Assembly (NCBI GenBank): GCA_021203745.1
Contig: JAJQAP010000050.1
Location: 92 to 64,091 of the forward strand
Length of the DNA: 64,000 nucleotides
Origin: Coprobacillus sp.
Lineage (GTDB): Bacteria; Bacillota_I; Bacilli_A; RFN20; CAG-826
Direction: 5' to 3'
Numbering within the stretch: the stretch's first letter is position 1; every line of letters begins with the position of its first letter. Of this stretch, positions 39,087-53,735 are shown piece by piece. The notes under the pieces were generated by a model, which was not told the DNA's origin, did not search any database, and saw nothing but the letters and a program-made list of their open reading frames with translations. The position numbers and the translations under genes were made by a program.

Positions 39087-40463
39087 ATGAAAATAAGCGC
39101 TATAGACATTGGTGAAATTTATAAAAAAGTCTCTAATGGAGAGACCTTGGATAGTGATGTAACTATCCAAGGTTGGGTAAAGACCAATCGTAATAATGGT
39201 AGTGTGGGCTTTCTTGAAGTAAATGATGGAACATCATTTAATAACGCGCAAGTGGTCTACACAAAAGAAGAAGAGCACTATGATTTAATTGCTACTTTTA
39301 GAACTGGTAGCGCGGTTACTATCACTGGTAAGGTTGTCCTTACCCCAGAGATGAAACAACCATTTGAAATCCATGTAACCGATGCTATTTTAGAGGGAGC
39401 AGTGGATGATTCTTACCCCCTTCAAAAGAAACAACATTCCTTTGAATTTTTACGTGATATTGCTCATTTACGTCCTAGATCTAACACATTTAACGCCGTT
39501 TTTAGAGTCAGAAACGTTTTAACCATGGCCTTACATGAGTATTTCCAAAACAATGGATTTATGTATGTACACACCCCAATAATTACCACAAACGATGGTG
39601 AAGGCGCGGGTAACGTCTTTGATGTTGTAACCCATGAAACAGACGATGAAAACTCTTTCTATGGACAAAAAGTAAATCTAACAGTTACTGGTCAGCTTCA
39701 TGTAGAACCATTTGCTCTTGCTTTTAAAAGAGTCTATACCTTTGGCCCCGCTTTTAGAGCGGAGCATTCTAATACAGTAAGACATGCTTCTGAATTCTGG
39801 ATGATAGAACCAGAGATGGCTTTCTGTGATTTAGATGGCAATATGGATGTCATTGAAGGATGTATTAAATACTCCATTAAAAAAGTCATGGATACATGTA
39901 AAGAAGAGATGGATTTCTTTAACACTCGTGTGGATACAGGCTTAATTGAAAGATTAAATCAAGTGGTTAACTCTGAGTTTAAAAAGATGACATATGATGA
40001 AGCAATTGATGTTTTAAAAGACGCCATCAAACAAGGTCATCAATTTGATAACCCCAATATTGAATGGGGAATGGATCTTCAAAGTGAACACGAAAGATAT
40101 ATTACTGAACAAGTGGTCAAAGGTCCAGTCTTTATTATTAACTATCCAAAAGAGATAAAAGCCTTCTATATGAGAGCAAATGATGATGGTAAAACAGTGG
40201 CCGCTTGCGACCTTCTAGTTCCTGGAGTGGGTGAACTTGTCGGTGGCTCTCAAAGAGAAGAAAGACTAGATCTTTTAGAGAAGAAGATGAAAGAAGGACA
40301 TATCAATAATCTAGATTGGTATCTTGATACACGGAAGTATGGCGGTTGTGTCCATTCAGGATTTGGTATTGGTTTTGATCGTCTTTTAATGTATGTAACA
40401 GGTATGCAAAATATTCGAGATGTGCAGCCTTATCCAAGAACATCAAATAATATTAAGTATTAA
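39087..40463 (+). CDS. asnS: asparagine--tRNA ligase
   Basis: N-terminal OB anticodon-binding domain (IQGWVKTNRNNGSVGFLEVNDG), class IIb catalytic core. 458 aa is AsnS length rather than AspS. Confidence 0.85.
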   Translation: MKISAIDIGEIYKKVSNGETLDSDVTIQGWVKTNRNNGSVGFLEVNDGTSFNNAQVVYTKEEEHYDLIATFRTGSAVTITGKVVLTPEMKQPFEIHVTDAILEGAVDDSYPLQKKQHSFEFLRDIAHLRPRSNTFNAVFRVRNVLTMALHEYFQNNGFMYVHTPIITTNDGEGAGNVFDVVTHETDDENSFYGQKVNLTVTGQLHVEPFALAFKRVYTFGPAFRAEHSNTVRHASEFWMIEPEMAFCDLDGNMDVIEGCIKYSIKKVMDTCKEEMDFFNTRVDTGLIERLNQVVNSEFKKMTYDEAIDVLKDAIKQGHQFDNPNIEWGMDLQSEHERYITEQVVKGPVFIINYPKEIKAFYMRANDDGKTVAACDLLVPGVGELVGGSQREERLDLLEKKMKEGHINNLDWYLDTRKYGGCVHSGFGIGFDRLLMYVTGMQNIRDVQPYPRTSNNIKY

Positions 40464-40471
40464 GGAGAGCT

Positions 40472-40606
40472 ATGCCAACTAATAATTCGACTGATGAGAT
40501 TAAAAGAAAAAGCACGAGCCGTAAAAGGTTCATGTGGGCTTTTATCATCCTTGATGTTTTATTATTTGCTTATCTAATTGTCGAAATCGTTTTAGCACTT
40601 CGATAA
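40472..40606 (+). CDS. small basic single-TM protein, 44 aa (below ORF-track cut-off)
   Basis: Strong SD AAGGAGAG 3 nt after asnS stop, ATG 40472. Encodes MPTNNSTDEIKRKSTSRKRFMWAFIILDVLLFAYLIVEIVLALR. Confidence 0.45.
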   Translation: MPTNNSTDEIKRKSTSRKRFMWAFIILDVLLFAYLIVEIVLALR

Positions 40607-40607
40607 A

Positions 40608-41357
40608 CTATCCACCTATTGGTGGTCTCTCGTTATCCCCCTCATCATCCGAGGAGGTTTTTATTACATCGATATTATCGGCGGTTACCACTGGCGCCCC
40701 ATTTGTGGCGTTTGTAAGTCCATCGTCTTGATGATAGTTATCTAGACTCTTATCAAAGACTGAATTACAGAGGCTTCTAAGTCTCCACATTCTTGCTATC
40801 CAGCATTGCACTGCGACAAGATACCAGACCGCTCCTGTAAAGAAAATAGGTATCATAAAGTAACTTGGAAGAGCGGCAAGAACAAACTCAGGAGAGTGAC
40901 TGAGTGGTGGCCAACTAGAGATAATCCTAATTCCAAACCATGTTGAATAAATACTTTCATCTGAGAAATCCCATAAGAAACATATCGACCCAAACCCAGT
41001 CTCGACATTAAATGGGTTATAACCCCAATCTTCAATTACCGCATCATATATAATTAAAATTAACACAGCGACAATCATTAAAAGCATTGGAATCCAAGAC
41101 TGTTTAAAGAAGTATGCCCAGTTCTTCTGTCTTCCATATCTTCTTAGATGTTCTTTATCCGTAATAACTTTTGTCACCACAGCGTCATGAACAAGGGTAT
41201 CCATCCTTTTGCCTTGCCATCTCATGACGTTTCTAATCCACATCCCAATATATCCAAGTAAGACAATAACGAGGAATAAGATGATTAAAATGGCAAGGAT
41301 TAATCTCCTATCGTTTTCTGAAATAGCGGCAAACACTTTAAAGGCACTCATAATCAC
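40608..41357 (-). CDS. hypothetical membrane protein, 249 aa
   Basis: Start ATG overlaps stop of upstream gene (ATGA). About 4 hydrophobic helices. Acidic C-terminal tail. Confidence 0.55.
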   Translation of the reverse strand: MIMSAFKVFAAISENDRRLILAILIILFLVIVLLGYIGMWIRNVMRWQGKRMDTLVHDAVVTKVITDKEHLRRYGRQKNWAYFFKQSWIPMLLMIVAVLILIIYDAVIEDWGYNPFNVETGFGSICFLWDFSDESIYSTWFGIRIISSWPPLSHSPEFVLAALPSYFMIPIFFTGAVWYLVAVQCWIARMWRLRSLCNSVFDKSLDNYHQDDGLTNATNGAPVVTADNIDVIKTSSDDEGDNERPPIGG

Positions 41358-42007
41358 TTACTCCTTATTGAGATACCACTATCTCCATCATCTATATCTT
41401 CATCCTCGTCCATAAATCCTGTTGTGGAGTTAGGATTAACATTAATCTTTTCTTTAGTGCTAGGTATTTCACTAACCTTTTCTTCTTTAACAATCGCCAC
41501 ATCTTTATTTTCTAGTTCAACATCAGGGATAATATCTTCTTCATCATTATCTAAGATATTCGATAGAAGTGGAGCGTTTCTCCCTTCAATTTGTGGGACA
41601 TCTTCTTGTTGCTCTACGACATTATCTTTGTCAATTTGAGCACTGGTATCTCCATTTAATAGTTTTTGAATGTCTTCAGGATTAGCATTACCCCCAACAA
41701 TAAAAATATTGTTTGTCGTGGTGTTTGTGCTCTCTTGTTTCTCCTCTCCCGTCTGACTATTTAGTTGGTTAGCAAGTATTTGTTTTGAGAGGTCTTTATT
41801 GACATCGAGGATTGCTCTTGCTTGTTTATCTTCTGGTAAATCTTTTAGAACAGATTTCCCTTGGAAAAAGAGAATCATGTTTTTAAAAAACTGATAGAAA
41901 AATACTCCTATACCCGCTAGGGCGCCGAGAGCGACAATCACAATTATCACCGGGACAAATAGGATATAAAGTATTCCTCTTCCTACGCTTCTAAAAAACT
42001 TTGCCAT
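41354..42007 (-). CDS. hypothetical single-pass membrane protein with long acidic disordered region, 217 aa
   Basis: N-terminal TM (ILYILFVPVIIVIVALGALAGIGVFFY), then a Q/E/D/N-rich tail. Confidence 0.55.
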   Translation of the reverse strand: MAKFFRSVGRGILYILFVPVIIVIVALGALAGIGVFFYQFFKNMILFFQGKSVLKDLPEDKQARAILDVNKDLSKQILANQLNSQTGEEKQESTNTTTNNIFIVGGNANPEDIQKLLNGDTSAQIDKDNVVEQQEDVPQIEGRNAPLLSNILDNDEEDIIPDVELENKDVAIVKEEKVSEIPSTKEKINVNPNSTTGFMDEDEDIDDGDSGISIRSK

Positions 42008-42082
42008 ACTAATTTTATTCTACCTTTATTAACCTCTTATTTATAGATTAAATTTTCATTTTCCTTTTAATTTTAAGTTATT

Positions 42083-43057
42083 TTAATCAAAATATTTATT
42101 TTCTAACTCCTCTTTTACACGCGGTGCTATCTTTGCTTTTGTGGTGAGTAAATCATTAACTAATGCGGTTATAGAGACAAGTCCAAACATAACCTCTACC
42201 GCTAGTAGTCCAAGTGGGTCGGGGATATAGGAATAAAGCCAAGCAAAGATGAATATTGAAACAATAAAAGCAATAGGTAAAGATATCCACGCTTTCATCC
42301 CATCTCGATAAGCGGAAGATGCAACGATAAAGATTGTAAAGTAAGCCGCAAACATCATAAAGAGATATGCTACTGGTCCATAGATAAAGGCAAAGACAAT
42401 ACTAAAGGTAAAGGAGAGTAATGCCCCAATATAAGGAGTGTAAATAAACTTATTTTCTGTAGTGACATTATAATTAAACTTAGGTAACTGTCCTTTTATC
42501 ACAATATAGGATATTGCTTCTTGACCAAGAGCGAGGAAGTAGATAAAGGAAGGAACAAGATAAGCGAGATACTCATAGTCCGCTAGTCCAAAGACAGAGG
42601 CAAAGACATTAACCATATCTATCCCTAACCAGAAATAGATAACAGGAAGCATGAGATAAGATAAAACTAGTTGTATCACTGAAGTAGTAAAGATAATCCA
42701 TACCGCGTGGATTTTCTTTTCCACCATAAAACCAAAGATAAATCCTGTTATAACAGAGGGTATAACATAAAAGAGAGTGTCTGATATGTTATACATTGTA
42801 ACTAGCATACAAAGTCCTACAGTTACTAGTGCATATATAATGAAGTATTTCTTTTTACAGTAAAGAGCTACCATCGTACTGGTTAAAGGCAAGATAAAGA
42901 CCATTAAAAACATTAGGACAGGGACAAATGTCGTAAGTAAAACGAAGACGACATTAATCGCCGCCATAATGGCCATATAGGTCATGTTTTGTACTAAAGT
43001 CTCTCTTTTTTTGAATGGCATAAAAAAATTATAAAATTTTTTAGGGAATTTTTCCAT
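42083..43057 (-). CDS. hypothetical polytopic membrane protein (~9-10 TM), 324 aa
   Basis: Continuous hydrophobic helices. No conserved motif recognised. First gene of a three-gene minus-strand operon. Confidence 0.55.
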   Translation of the reverse strand: MEKFPKKFYNFFMPFKKRETLVQNMTYMAIMAAINVVFVLLTTFVPVLMFLMVFILPLTSTMVALYCKKKYFIIYALVTVGLCMLVTMYNISDTLFYVIPSVITGFIFGFMVEKKIHAVWIIFTTSVIQLVLSYLMLPVIYFWLGIDMVNVFASVFGLADYEYLAYLVPSFIYFLALGQEAISYIVIKGQLPKFNYNVTTENKFIYTPYIGALLSFTFSIVFAFIYGPVAYLFMMFAAYFTIFIVASSAYRDGMKAWISLPIAFIVSIFIFAWLYSYIPDPLGLLAVEVMFGLVSITALVNDLLTTKAKIAPRVKEELENKYFD

Positions 43058-43079
43058 ATACCCGTCTATTTATATAAAT

Positions 43080-43559
43080 ATGAAGAAAAAAATTTTAACA
43101 TTATCTTTCTCAATTCTTTCTCTCTTCTCTCTCTCGTCTTGCTTCTTTAACTTTTGGATTGAAGAGGAAGAGGAAGAATATCAATATGACTATACTGAAC
43201 TTCCACCAGATAAAAAAATTGAGTATGCAGAACTCTTTGATCAAGATGACATATTTTATATGGTCTATTGCTATAGTCCTGGTTGCCAAGCCTGTAGCAG
43301 TTTTAGAAACTACATTGTTCCTTATTTTTTAGATCATCCAAATTTACCTTTGTATTACGCAAATGTTACTTTTGTTGACACTCTGTACGATAATTTACCT
43401 GATGGCGCTTATGACACGAGTTCCACCATTGGGATGTCCTCAATGGATGAATTTTATATTTTTGCCACCCCGTCTTTAGTTGGGTTTTATGAGAACATAG
43501 TCATTTTTAATGAATGGGGTAATAGTGCAGTTCAGGCTATCTTAGACCAGTTTAATTAG
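43080..43559 (+). CDS. thioredoxin-fold lipoprotein with CxxC motif
   Basis: Lipobox LSSC. Hexa-Glu stretch. YMVYCYSPGCQACSSF resembles the thioredoxin W/Y-S-P-x-C-x-x-C active site. Confidence 0.55.
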   Translation: MKKKILTLSFSILSLFSLSSCFFNFWIEEEEEEYQYDYTELPPDKKIEYAELFDQDDIFYMVYCYSPGCQACSSFRNYIVPYFLDHPNLPLYYANVTFVDTLYDNLPDGAYDTSSTIGMSSMDEFYIFATPSLVGFYENIVIFNEWGNSAVQAILDQFN

Positions 43560-43619
43560 CATTCTCTCTCGTTGAATGAAAGGGGTTAAAATGGTAAGAT
43601 ATATATTGTTAAACAATAT

Positions 43620-47839
<4,220 letters not shown>

Positions 47840-47885
47840 CATTTTTAAATGTTAAATAACTATATAAGTGATAAAATTAGGCAAT

Positions 47886-48182
47886 ATGAAAGAAGTTAGT
47901 ATCAAGCTTTTAAAAGAAACCGCAAACTCATTGATGTTTGATATGAGTGAAGAGGAGTATGCTCTCTTAAAGGGTGAATTTGATACTATCCAAAAACAGA
48001 TGTCTTTAATCTCCAATCTTAAAGGACTCGATGAAGTAAGTCCGATGACTTTCCCTTACGATGTTGAGTTTACCTATCTAAGAGAGGACACTCCCAAGGA
48101 GGTCGAAAGTCCAGAAGATGCATTAAAGAACGCCAAAGATGTCATCGAAAATCAAATACGTATACCAAAGGTAATCAAATGA
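47886..48182 (+). CDS. gatC: Asp-tRNA(Asn)/Glu-tRNA(Gln) amidotransferase subunit C
   Basis: ~98 aa, position upstream of gatA/gatB. ATG 47886 preferred over the GTG at 47868 on length grounds. Confidence 0.75.
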   Translation: MKEVSIKLLKETANSLMFDMSEEEYALLKGEFDTIQKQMSLISNLKGLDEVSPMTFPYDVEFTYLREDTPKEVESPEDALKNAKDVIENQIRIPKVIK

Positions 48183-49642
48183 AAGACTATATACATTTAA
48201 CGATAGAAGAGTTACATCAAGCCTACCTTAATAATGAGGTAACTCCTTTAGAAGTTGTCACTCAAGTTTTAGACGAAGCGGAAAAAGACACAAATAATGC
48301 CTATGAGTATATATGCAAAGAAAGAGCCTTAGAGCAAGCAAAAAACCTCAAAGAAGAAGATAAAGGCAATATTTTGTGGGGAATCCCTTATGTTTTAAAG
48401 GATAATTACTCCACAAAAGACATCCCTACTTGTGCATCTTCAAATATACTTGAGGGATATGTTCCAATCTATTCAAGTGAGGTATTTGATAAACTTGAAA
48501 AAGCAGGAGCGATATTAATTGGTAAAACAACCCTTGATGAACTAGCAATGGGAGGAACAGGAACTTCAGGACATTTAGGTAAAACCTTTAACCCCTATGA
48601 CCCCACGCACGAAAGGATGATTGGTGGATCATCTTGCGGGAGTGCCGCTACAGTTTCTTCTGGTTATATCCCATTCTCTATTGGATCAGATACTGGTGAC
48701 AGTGTTCGTAAACCTGCTTCTTACTCAGGTCTAGTGGGTTTTAAACCAACATGGGGAAGAATTTCTAGGTATGGTCTATTCCCTTTTGCTCCATCTTTAG
48801 ATCATGTTGGCTACTTTACAAGAAGTGTAAAAGACGCAGCTTCACTCTTAAATATCCTTGCTGTGTATGATGAAAAAGACGCGACAACTTCATCAAAAGA
48901 AGTAAAAGATTACACTAAAGGATTAGATGGAAATCTTAAAGGATATAAAATCGCAGTTATTGATGAAATACTAAACTCAATAACTGATAAAACAGTAATA
49001 GAAGAGTTTAATAAAACATTAAAGATACTAGAAAAAGAGGGAGCGGTCCTCTCTCATGTTTCTATGGATATAGATCTAGTTAAAGCCATATATCCAACTT
49101 ATGTTATTATCTCGTGCTGCGAAGCAACATCTAACGACGCTAATCTTGATGGCTTAAAGTTTGGTTTAAGAGAAGATGGTAAAACCTATGAAGAGATAAT
49201 GACTAACACCAGAACAAAAGGATTCTCTACCTTAATTAAGAGAAGATTTGTTATCGGTGGTTATTCCCTCTTAAAAGAAAATCAACAAGAACTCTTTTTA
49301 AGAGCACAGAAAGCGAGACACTTAATCGTAGATGCCTTTAATAAAATCTATGAGGAATACGATTTAATCTATTTACCCGCTGCACCATCAATTGCCCCTA
49401 AGTTTAGCGATGCTAGTGATACATTATCGGATGAGTATCTTATCTCAGATAACTACTTAGCCTTTGCTAATTTTGGTGGTTATCCTTCCTTAACCCTTCC
49501 TATAGGTTTTGAAGCGGGGATGCCGCTTGGCGGAAATATCTCCGGAAGAATCTTTGAAGAAGATAAAGTTTTAAATGCCTCTCTTGCAATAGAGAAAAAT
49601 CTTCCATATTACAATTTATACGCTAAAAAGGAGACAAAATAA
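48179..49642 (+). CDS. gatA: Glu-tRNA(Gln)/Asp-tRNA(Asn) amidotransferase subunit A
   Basis: Amidase signature GGSSCGSAATVSSG with Ser-cisSer-Lys triad context. Confidence 0.9.
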   Translation: MKDYIHLTIEELHQAYLNNEVTPLEVVTQVLDEAEKDTNNAYEYICKERALEQAKNLKEEDKGNILWGIPYVLKDNYSTKDIPTCASSNILEGYVPIYSSEVFDKLEKAGAILIGKTTLDELAMGGTGTSGHLGKTFNPYDPTHERMIGGSSCGSAATVSSGYIPFSIGSDTGDSVRKPASYSGLVGFKPTWGRISRYGLFPFAPSLDHVGYFTRSVKDAASLLNILAVYDEKDATTSSKEVKDYTKGLDGNLKGYKIAVIDEILNSITDKTVIEEFNKTLKILEKEGAVLSHVSMDIDLVKAIYPTYVIISCCEATSNDANLDGLKFGLREDGKTYEEIMTNTRTKGFSTLIKRRFVIGGYSLLKENQQELFLRAQKARHLIVDAFNKIYEEYDLIYLPAAPSIAPKFSDASDTLSDEYLISDNYLAFANFGGYPSLTLPIGFEAGMPLGGNISGRIFEEDKVLNASLAIEKNLPYYNLYAKKETK

Positions 49643-51069
49643 TGGAATTTGAAGAAGTAATCGGTCTTGAAATCCATATTGAGATGAAAACAAAAACAAA
49701 GATGTTTTCCTCTTCTCCCGCTCGATATGGAGATATGCCTAACACTAATACCAGTGTTTATGACCTCGCTTTTCCTGGTACTATGCCTACTGTTAATAAA
49801 GAGGCAGTGGTTAAAGGTATCCAAGTGTGTAATGCTCTCCATATGTCTATAGATCCCTTACTTAGATTTGATAGAAAGAACTACTTCTATTCTGATCTTC
49901 CTAAAGGTTATCAGATTACTCAGTATTTCTATCCTCTTGGAAAAGATGGATATCTAGAGATAAACACAAGTACAGGAAAAAAGAGAATCAATATTGAAAG
50001 ACTCCATATGGAAGAAGATACCGCTAAACAACTCCATGCCTATGACTGTACCTTAATTGATTACAATAGATGTGGCACCCCACTTATTGAGATAGTCTCT
50101 AAACCTGACCTTAGAAGCGGAGACCAAGCAATGTCTTATATTGAAACAATTAGATCAATTGTCTCATTCCTTGATGTCAGTGATGGAAAGATGGAAGAAG
50201 GAAGTCTAAGATGCGATATTAATGTCTCCGTTAGAGAAAAAGGCTCACCTGCATTTGGCACTAAAGTGGAGATTAAAAACTTAAATAGTATTGCTAATGT
50301 TGGTAAAGCTCTTGACTATGAGTTTAAAAGGCAAGTGGAACTCTTAGAAAAAGGAGAGCCAATATTACAAGAAACAAGAAGATTTGATGAAGCAAAAAGA
50401 GAGACAATCCCTATGCGTAGTAAAACCGATTCTGTAGATTATAAATACTACCCAGAACCAAATATTGTCCCTATTAGACTTAGCCAAGACTTTATCAAAG
50501 AGGCAATTGACTCCTCAAATGAACTAGCCTCTTCTAAATACGAGAGATACACCGCTAATGGATTATCAGATTATGATGCTTCAGTTATCCTTTCAGATCC
50601 AGAAACATCTAGATACTACGATAAAATTGTCTCTTACGGTGTGTCTTATAAACTCGCCGCTAACTGGGTAAATGGAGATATACAATCAGTTCTAAATAAA
50701 GACAATCTATCTATCAGTGAGTTTAAACTAACACCTAAACAAATCGCAGATATTATCAAACTTATAGATTGTGGTAAAATAAATAACAAGCAAGCAAGAG
50801 AAATATTTGCTACACTTATAGATAATCCATCATTATCTATAGACACTCTTGCGGCTAAGTATAATGAAGGAATGATCTCCTCAAACGATGAGTTAACAAA
50901 GATTGTTAATGAAGTTCTAGATGAGAATAGTCAGTCTATTGCTGATTATAAGTCAGGTCATGATAACGCCCTTAGATACCTAATGGGACAGGTTATGAAA
51001 AAAACACAAGGTAAAGTAAACCCTAAGGATGCAAACGAAGTTTTATTAAATGAATTAAATCGGAGGTAA
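49642..51069 (+). CDS. gatB: Glu-tRNA(Gln)/Asp-tRNA(Asn) amidotransferase subunit B
   Basis: GatB N-terminal cradle domain and C-terminal YqeY-like domain. RBS AAAGGAG. Confidence 0.9.
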   Translation: MEFEEVIGLEIHIEMKTKTKMFSSSPARYGDMPNTNTSVYDLAFPGTMPTVNKEAVVKGIQVCNALHMSIDPLLRFDRKNYFYSDLPKGYQITQYFYPLGKDGYLEINTSTGKKRINIERLHMEEDTAKQLHAYDCTLIDYNRCGTPLIEIVSKPDLRSGDQAMSYIETIRSIVSFLDVSDGKMEEGSLRCDINVSVREKGSPAFGTKVEIKNLNSIANVGKALDYEFKRQVELLEKGEPILQETRRFDEAKRETIPMRSKTDSVDYKYYPEPNIVPIRLSQDFIKEAIDSSNELASSKYERYTANGLSDYDASVILSDPETSRYYDKIVSYGVSYKLAANWVNGDIQSVLNKDNLSISEFKLTPKQIADIIKLIDCGKINNKQAREIFATLIDNPSLSIDTLAAKYNEGMISSNDELTKIVNEVLDENSQSIADYKSGHDNALRYLMGQVMKKTQGKVNPKDANEVLLNELNRR

Positions 51070-51074
51070 ATAAA

Positions 51075-52094
51075 ATGGGAAAGATATTAGTTACAGGTGG
51101 AACAGGTTATATCGGTAGCCACACTGTCGTAGAATTAATTAAAAATGGATACGATCCAGTGATCGTTGATAATTTATGCAACTCTAAAATTGAAGTCTTA
51201 AATCGTCTTGAAACAATATGCGGAGTGAGACCTAAATTCTATCAAATCTCTGTCCAAGATAAAGAAGCGATGAGACAAGTCTTTGAAGAAAATGAAATTG
51301 ATGCGATTATTCATTTTGCCGGCCTTAAGAGTGTTGGTGAATCGGTTTTATATCCAGAGAAGTATTACTCTAATAACGTAGGCTCTTCAAAAGTTCTTTT
51401 AGAGCTCATGGATGAATACCGTGTTCATAATATCGTCTTCTCTTCAAGCGCGACTGTCTATGGAGTGCCTGAAAGAATGCCAATTGTGGAGAGTGATCCT
51501 ATTGGTAACTGCTCCTCTCCATATGGAGATACCAAGTATCAAATTGAACTACTTTTAATGGATTATGCGAAGACACATGAAGACGCAAACGTTGCAATTC
51601 TCCGTTATTTTAATCCAATTGGCGCTCATCCATCAGGATTAATTGGTGAATATCCTACAGGAATTCCAAATAACTTAATGCCTTATATTACCCAAGTTGC
51701 CGTCGGCACACTAGAGTGCCTAACAGTGTTTGGTGGCGATTATGATACAAGAGATGGATCTTGCATTAGAGACTATATCCACGTCTGTGATCTTGCCGAG
51801 GGTCATGTCTACGCTCTACATAAGTTAGAGACTAAACCTGGACTAGTTATATATAACCTAGGTACAGGAAGAGGCACAACAGTGCTAGAACTCGTCCACG
51901 CTTTTGAAGAAGCAAACAACATGAAGATTAACTATAAAGTGGGCGCTAGAAGAGACGGAGATGTACCTGAAAACTACGCAAACTGCGATAAAGCCTATAA
52001 AGAGATGGGATGGAAGGCCACAAGAACAATTAAAGATGCCTGTCGAGATTCTTGGAACTGGCAATCAAAGAACCCACATGGATATGACAAATAG
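51075..52094 (+). CDS. galE: UDP-glucose 4-epimerase (SDR family)
   Basis: Rossmann GGTGYIGSH, catalytic YGDTK (YxxxK), 339 aa GalE length. Confidence 0.85.
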   Translation: MGKILVTGGTGYIGSHTVVELIKNGYDPVIVDNLCNSKIEVLNRLETICGVRPKFYQISVQDKEAMRQVFEENEIDAIIHFAGLKSVGESVLYPEKYYSNNVGSSKVLLELMDEYRVHNIVFSSSATVYGVPERMPIVESDPIGNCSSPYGDTKYQIELLLMDYAKTHEDANVAILRYFNPIGAHPSGLIGEYPTGIPNNLMPYITQVAVGTLECLTVFGGDYDTRDGSCIRDYIHVCDLAEGHVYALHKLETKPGLVIYNLGTGRGTTVLELVHAFEEANNMKINYKVGARRDGDVPENYANCDKAYKEMGWKATRTIKDACRDSWNWQSKNPHGYDK

Positions 52095-52102
52095 GAGAGA
52101 TT

Positions 52103-53032
52103 ATGGGAAAGTTAGAAACAATTAAAGTGGAAAGAAATGGACTAGTCGCTTTTGGCCAGTCTTGGACAGTGGAAGATTCCATTGCTAATGTTGTCATAAT
52201 GTCAGGCATGGAAGAGCATGCAATGCGTTATGACGATTTTGCGCGTTTTTTAAATGATAATGGATTTAATGTGTACGCAATCGATAACTTTGGACAAGGC
52301 GCAAACGTCTTACCAGATAAATCTAATTTAGGTGTTGTTCCTTACTCCGCCTTTAGAAAACAAGTGCAAATGGTGGATGCTCTTGTGGAAAAGCTAAGAA
52401 TATCCGCACGTCCAACCTTTATCTTTGCCCACTCCATGGGTGCAATACTCGCGCAAGATTATATCCAAAGATACACTCATCACGTGAGTAAAGTTGTCCT
52501 TTGTGGAGCTATGGGTCATAACTATTTAGTGCCACTTGGCTATCAACTTGCGAAATTAATAACTACAGAAAAGAATCGTAATAAAAAATCGAGAGTGTTA
52601 TCCGCGCTTCTCTTTGGTTCCTTTAATCGTAAGATTAAGAATAAAAGAACAAAGTACGATTGGATTTGTACAAGAGAAGAAGTCGTCGATAAGTATATCG
52701 AAGATCCTCTATGTGGATATGGAGAGAACAATGGATTCTGCCTAGAACTATTAAAAGGTATGAATCGTCTCTATAAGAAAAAGTTCCTTCAAAAGATTAG
52801 GAAGGATCTTGATATATTCATTATCTCTGGTGCTAGTGATCCTGTCAGTGGTTATGGTAAATATGTTAAATCACTCGATAAGATGTATAAGAAACTTGGT
52901 CTTACACATGTCGGCACAAAAATCTATCCAAATTCAAGGCATGAACTTCTAAATGATGTCGATAAAGAAGAAGTCTATCAAGATATTCTCACCTTCTTTA
53001 AAGCGGATCTAGAAGAAAAGAATGTTGTCTGA
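52103..53032 (+). CDS. alpha/beta-hydrolase (lysophospholipase / monoacylglycerol-lipase-like)
   Basis: Nucleophile elbow FAHSMGA (GxSxG), 309 aa, Hydrolase_4-like organisation. Confidence 0.7.
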   Translation: MGKLETIKVERNGLVAFGQSWTVEDSIANVVIMSGMEEHAMRYDDFARFLNDNGFNVYAIDNFGQGANVLPDKSNLGVVPYSAFRKQVQMVDALVEKLRISARPTFIFAHSMGAILAQDYIQRYTHHVSKVVLCGAMGHNYLVPLGYQLAKLITTEKNRNKKSRVLSALLFGSFNRKIKNKRTKYDWICTREEVVDKYIEDPLCGYGENNGFCLELLKGMNRLYKKKFLQKIRKDLDIFIISGASDPVSGYGKYVKSLDKMYKKLGLTHVGTKIYPNSRHELLNDVDKEEVYQDILTFFKADLEEKNVV

Positions 53033-53038
53033 CAATTT

Positions 53039-53114
53039 GGCCTCCTAGCGTAATGGATAACGCAATCGCCTCCTAAGCGATAGACTTCGAGTTCGAGTCT
53101 CGAGGAGGCCGCCA
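53039..53114 (+). tRNA. tRNA-Arg (anticodon CCU), CCA encoded
   Basis: GGCCTCC acceptor stem pairing with GGAGGCC. Anticodon loop CTCCTAA. T-loop GTTCGAGTC. Terminal GCCA. Confidence 0.85.
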
Positions 53115-53123
53115 GGATAAATA

Positions 53124-53157
53124 AAAACCCCGCAACAATATGCGGGGTATTTTATTT
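53124..53157. terminator. bidirectional rho-independent terminator
   Basis: CCCCGCA-ACAATA-TGCGGGG flanked by an A-run and a T-run. Sits between the convergent tRNA-Arg and the nitroreductase gene. Confidence 0.75.
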
Positions 53158-53167
53158 TGCAAAGTTT

Positions 53168-53689
53168 TTACTTTACGAGGTGAACTCTTGAAGCGTCGTA
53201 ACGCGAAACTTGTTCTTTTACTTCGCCTTTATGTCCAACTGGAATCAACGCAAATGGTGTCAACTCCTCACCGATTCCTAGTGTCTCTTTGACTTGAGCA
53301 ATTCTTTGCTCATTTGGACTGACACCTTGCCAAACCGCACCAAGTCCAAGCTCCTCGATTTCGATGAGCATGTTTTGGCAGCATGAAGCAAGATCAATAT
53401 CTCGGTAAGGAAGAGTCATTGGATTTTCCGCTTTAGTGCGGTAGCAAGGAACAATGACAACATCCGCTCCTTCACACACAGCAGCGTTCTGGGGGAAGTT
53501 TGCTAGTTTTGGTTTTAATTCCTTGTTTCTCACAACATAGAATTCCCATGGTTGGTTATTCATTGCGTTTGCCGCTTGCATACCTGCAGCAATAATCTTT
53601 GTAACTTCTTGGTCTGTTACTGGTTCATTAGTAAAAACTCTTGTTGAAGTTCTTGTAAAAATTGGGTCTGCCATATTTATTGCCTCCAT
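53168..53689 (-). CDS. nitroreductase-family flavoprotein
   Basis: 173 aa. Nitroreductase-like motifs (RTSTRVF...NNQPWEFYVV). Confidence 0.7.
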   Translation of the reverse strand: MEAINMADPIFTRTSTRVFTNEPVTDQEVTKIIAAGMQAANAMNNQPWEFYVVRNKELKPKLANFPQNAAVCEGADVVIVPCYRTKAENPMTLPYRDIDLASCCQNMLIEIEELGLGAVWQGVSPNEQRIAQVKETLGIGEELTPFALIPVGHKGEVKEQVSRYDASRVHLVK

Positions 53690-53735
53690 TTAGTATATTA
53701 TAACGCATTCCTTTAATATTGAGTTAATACCTATC

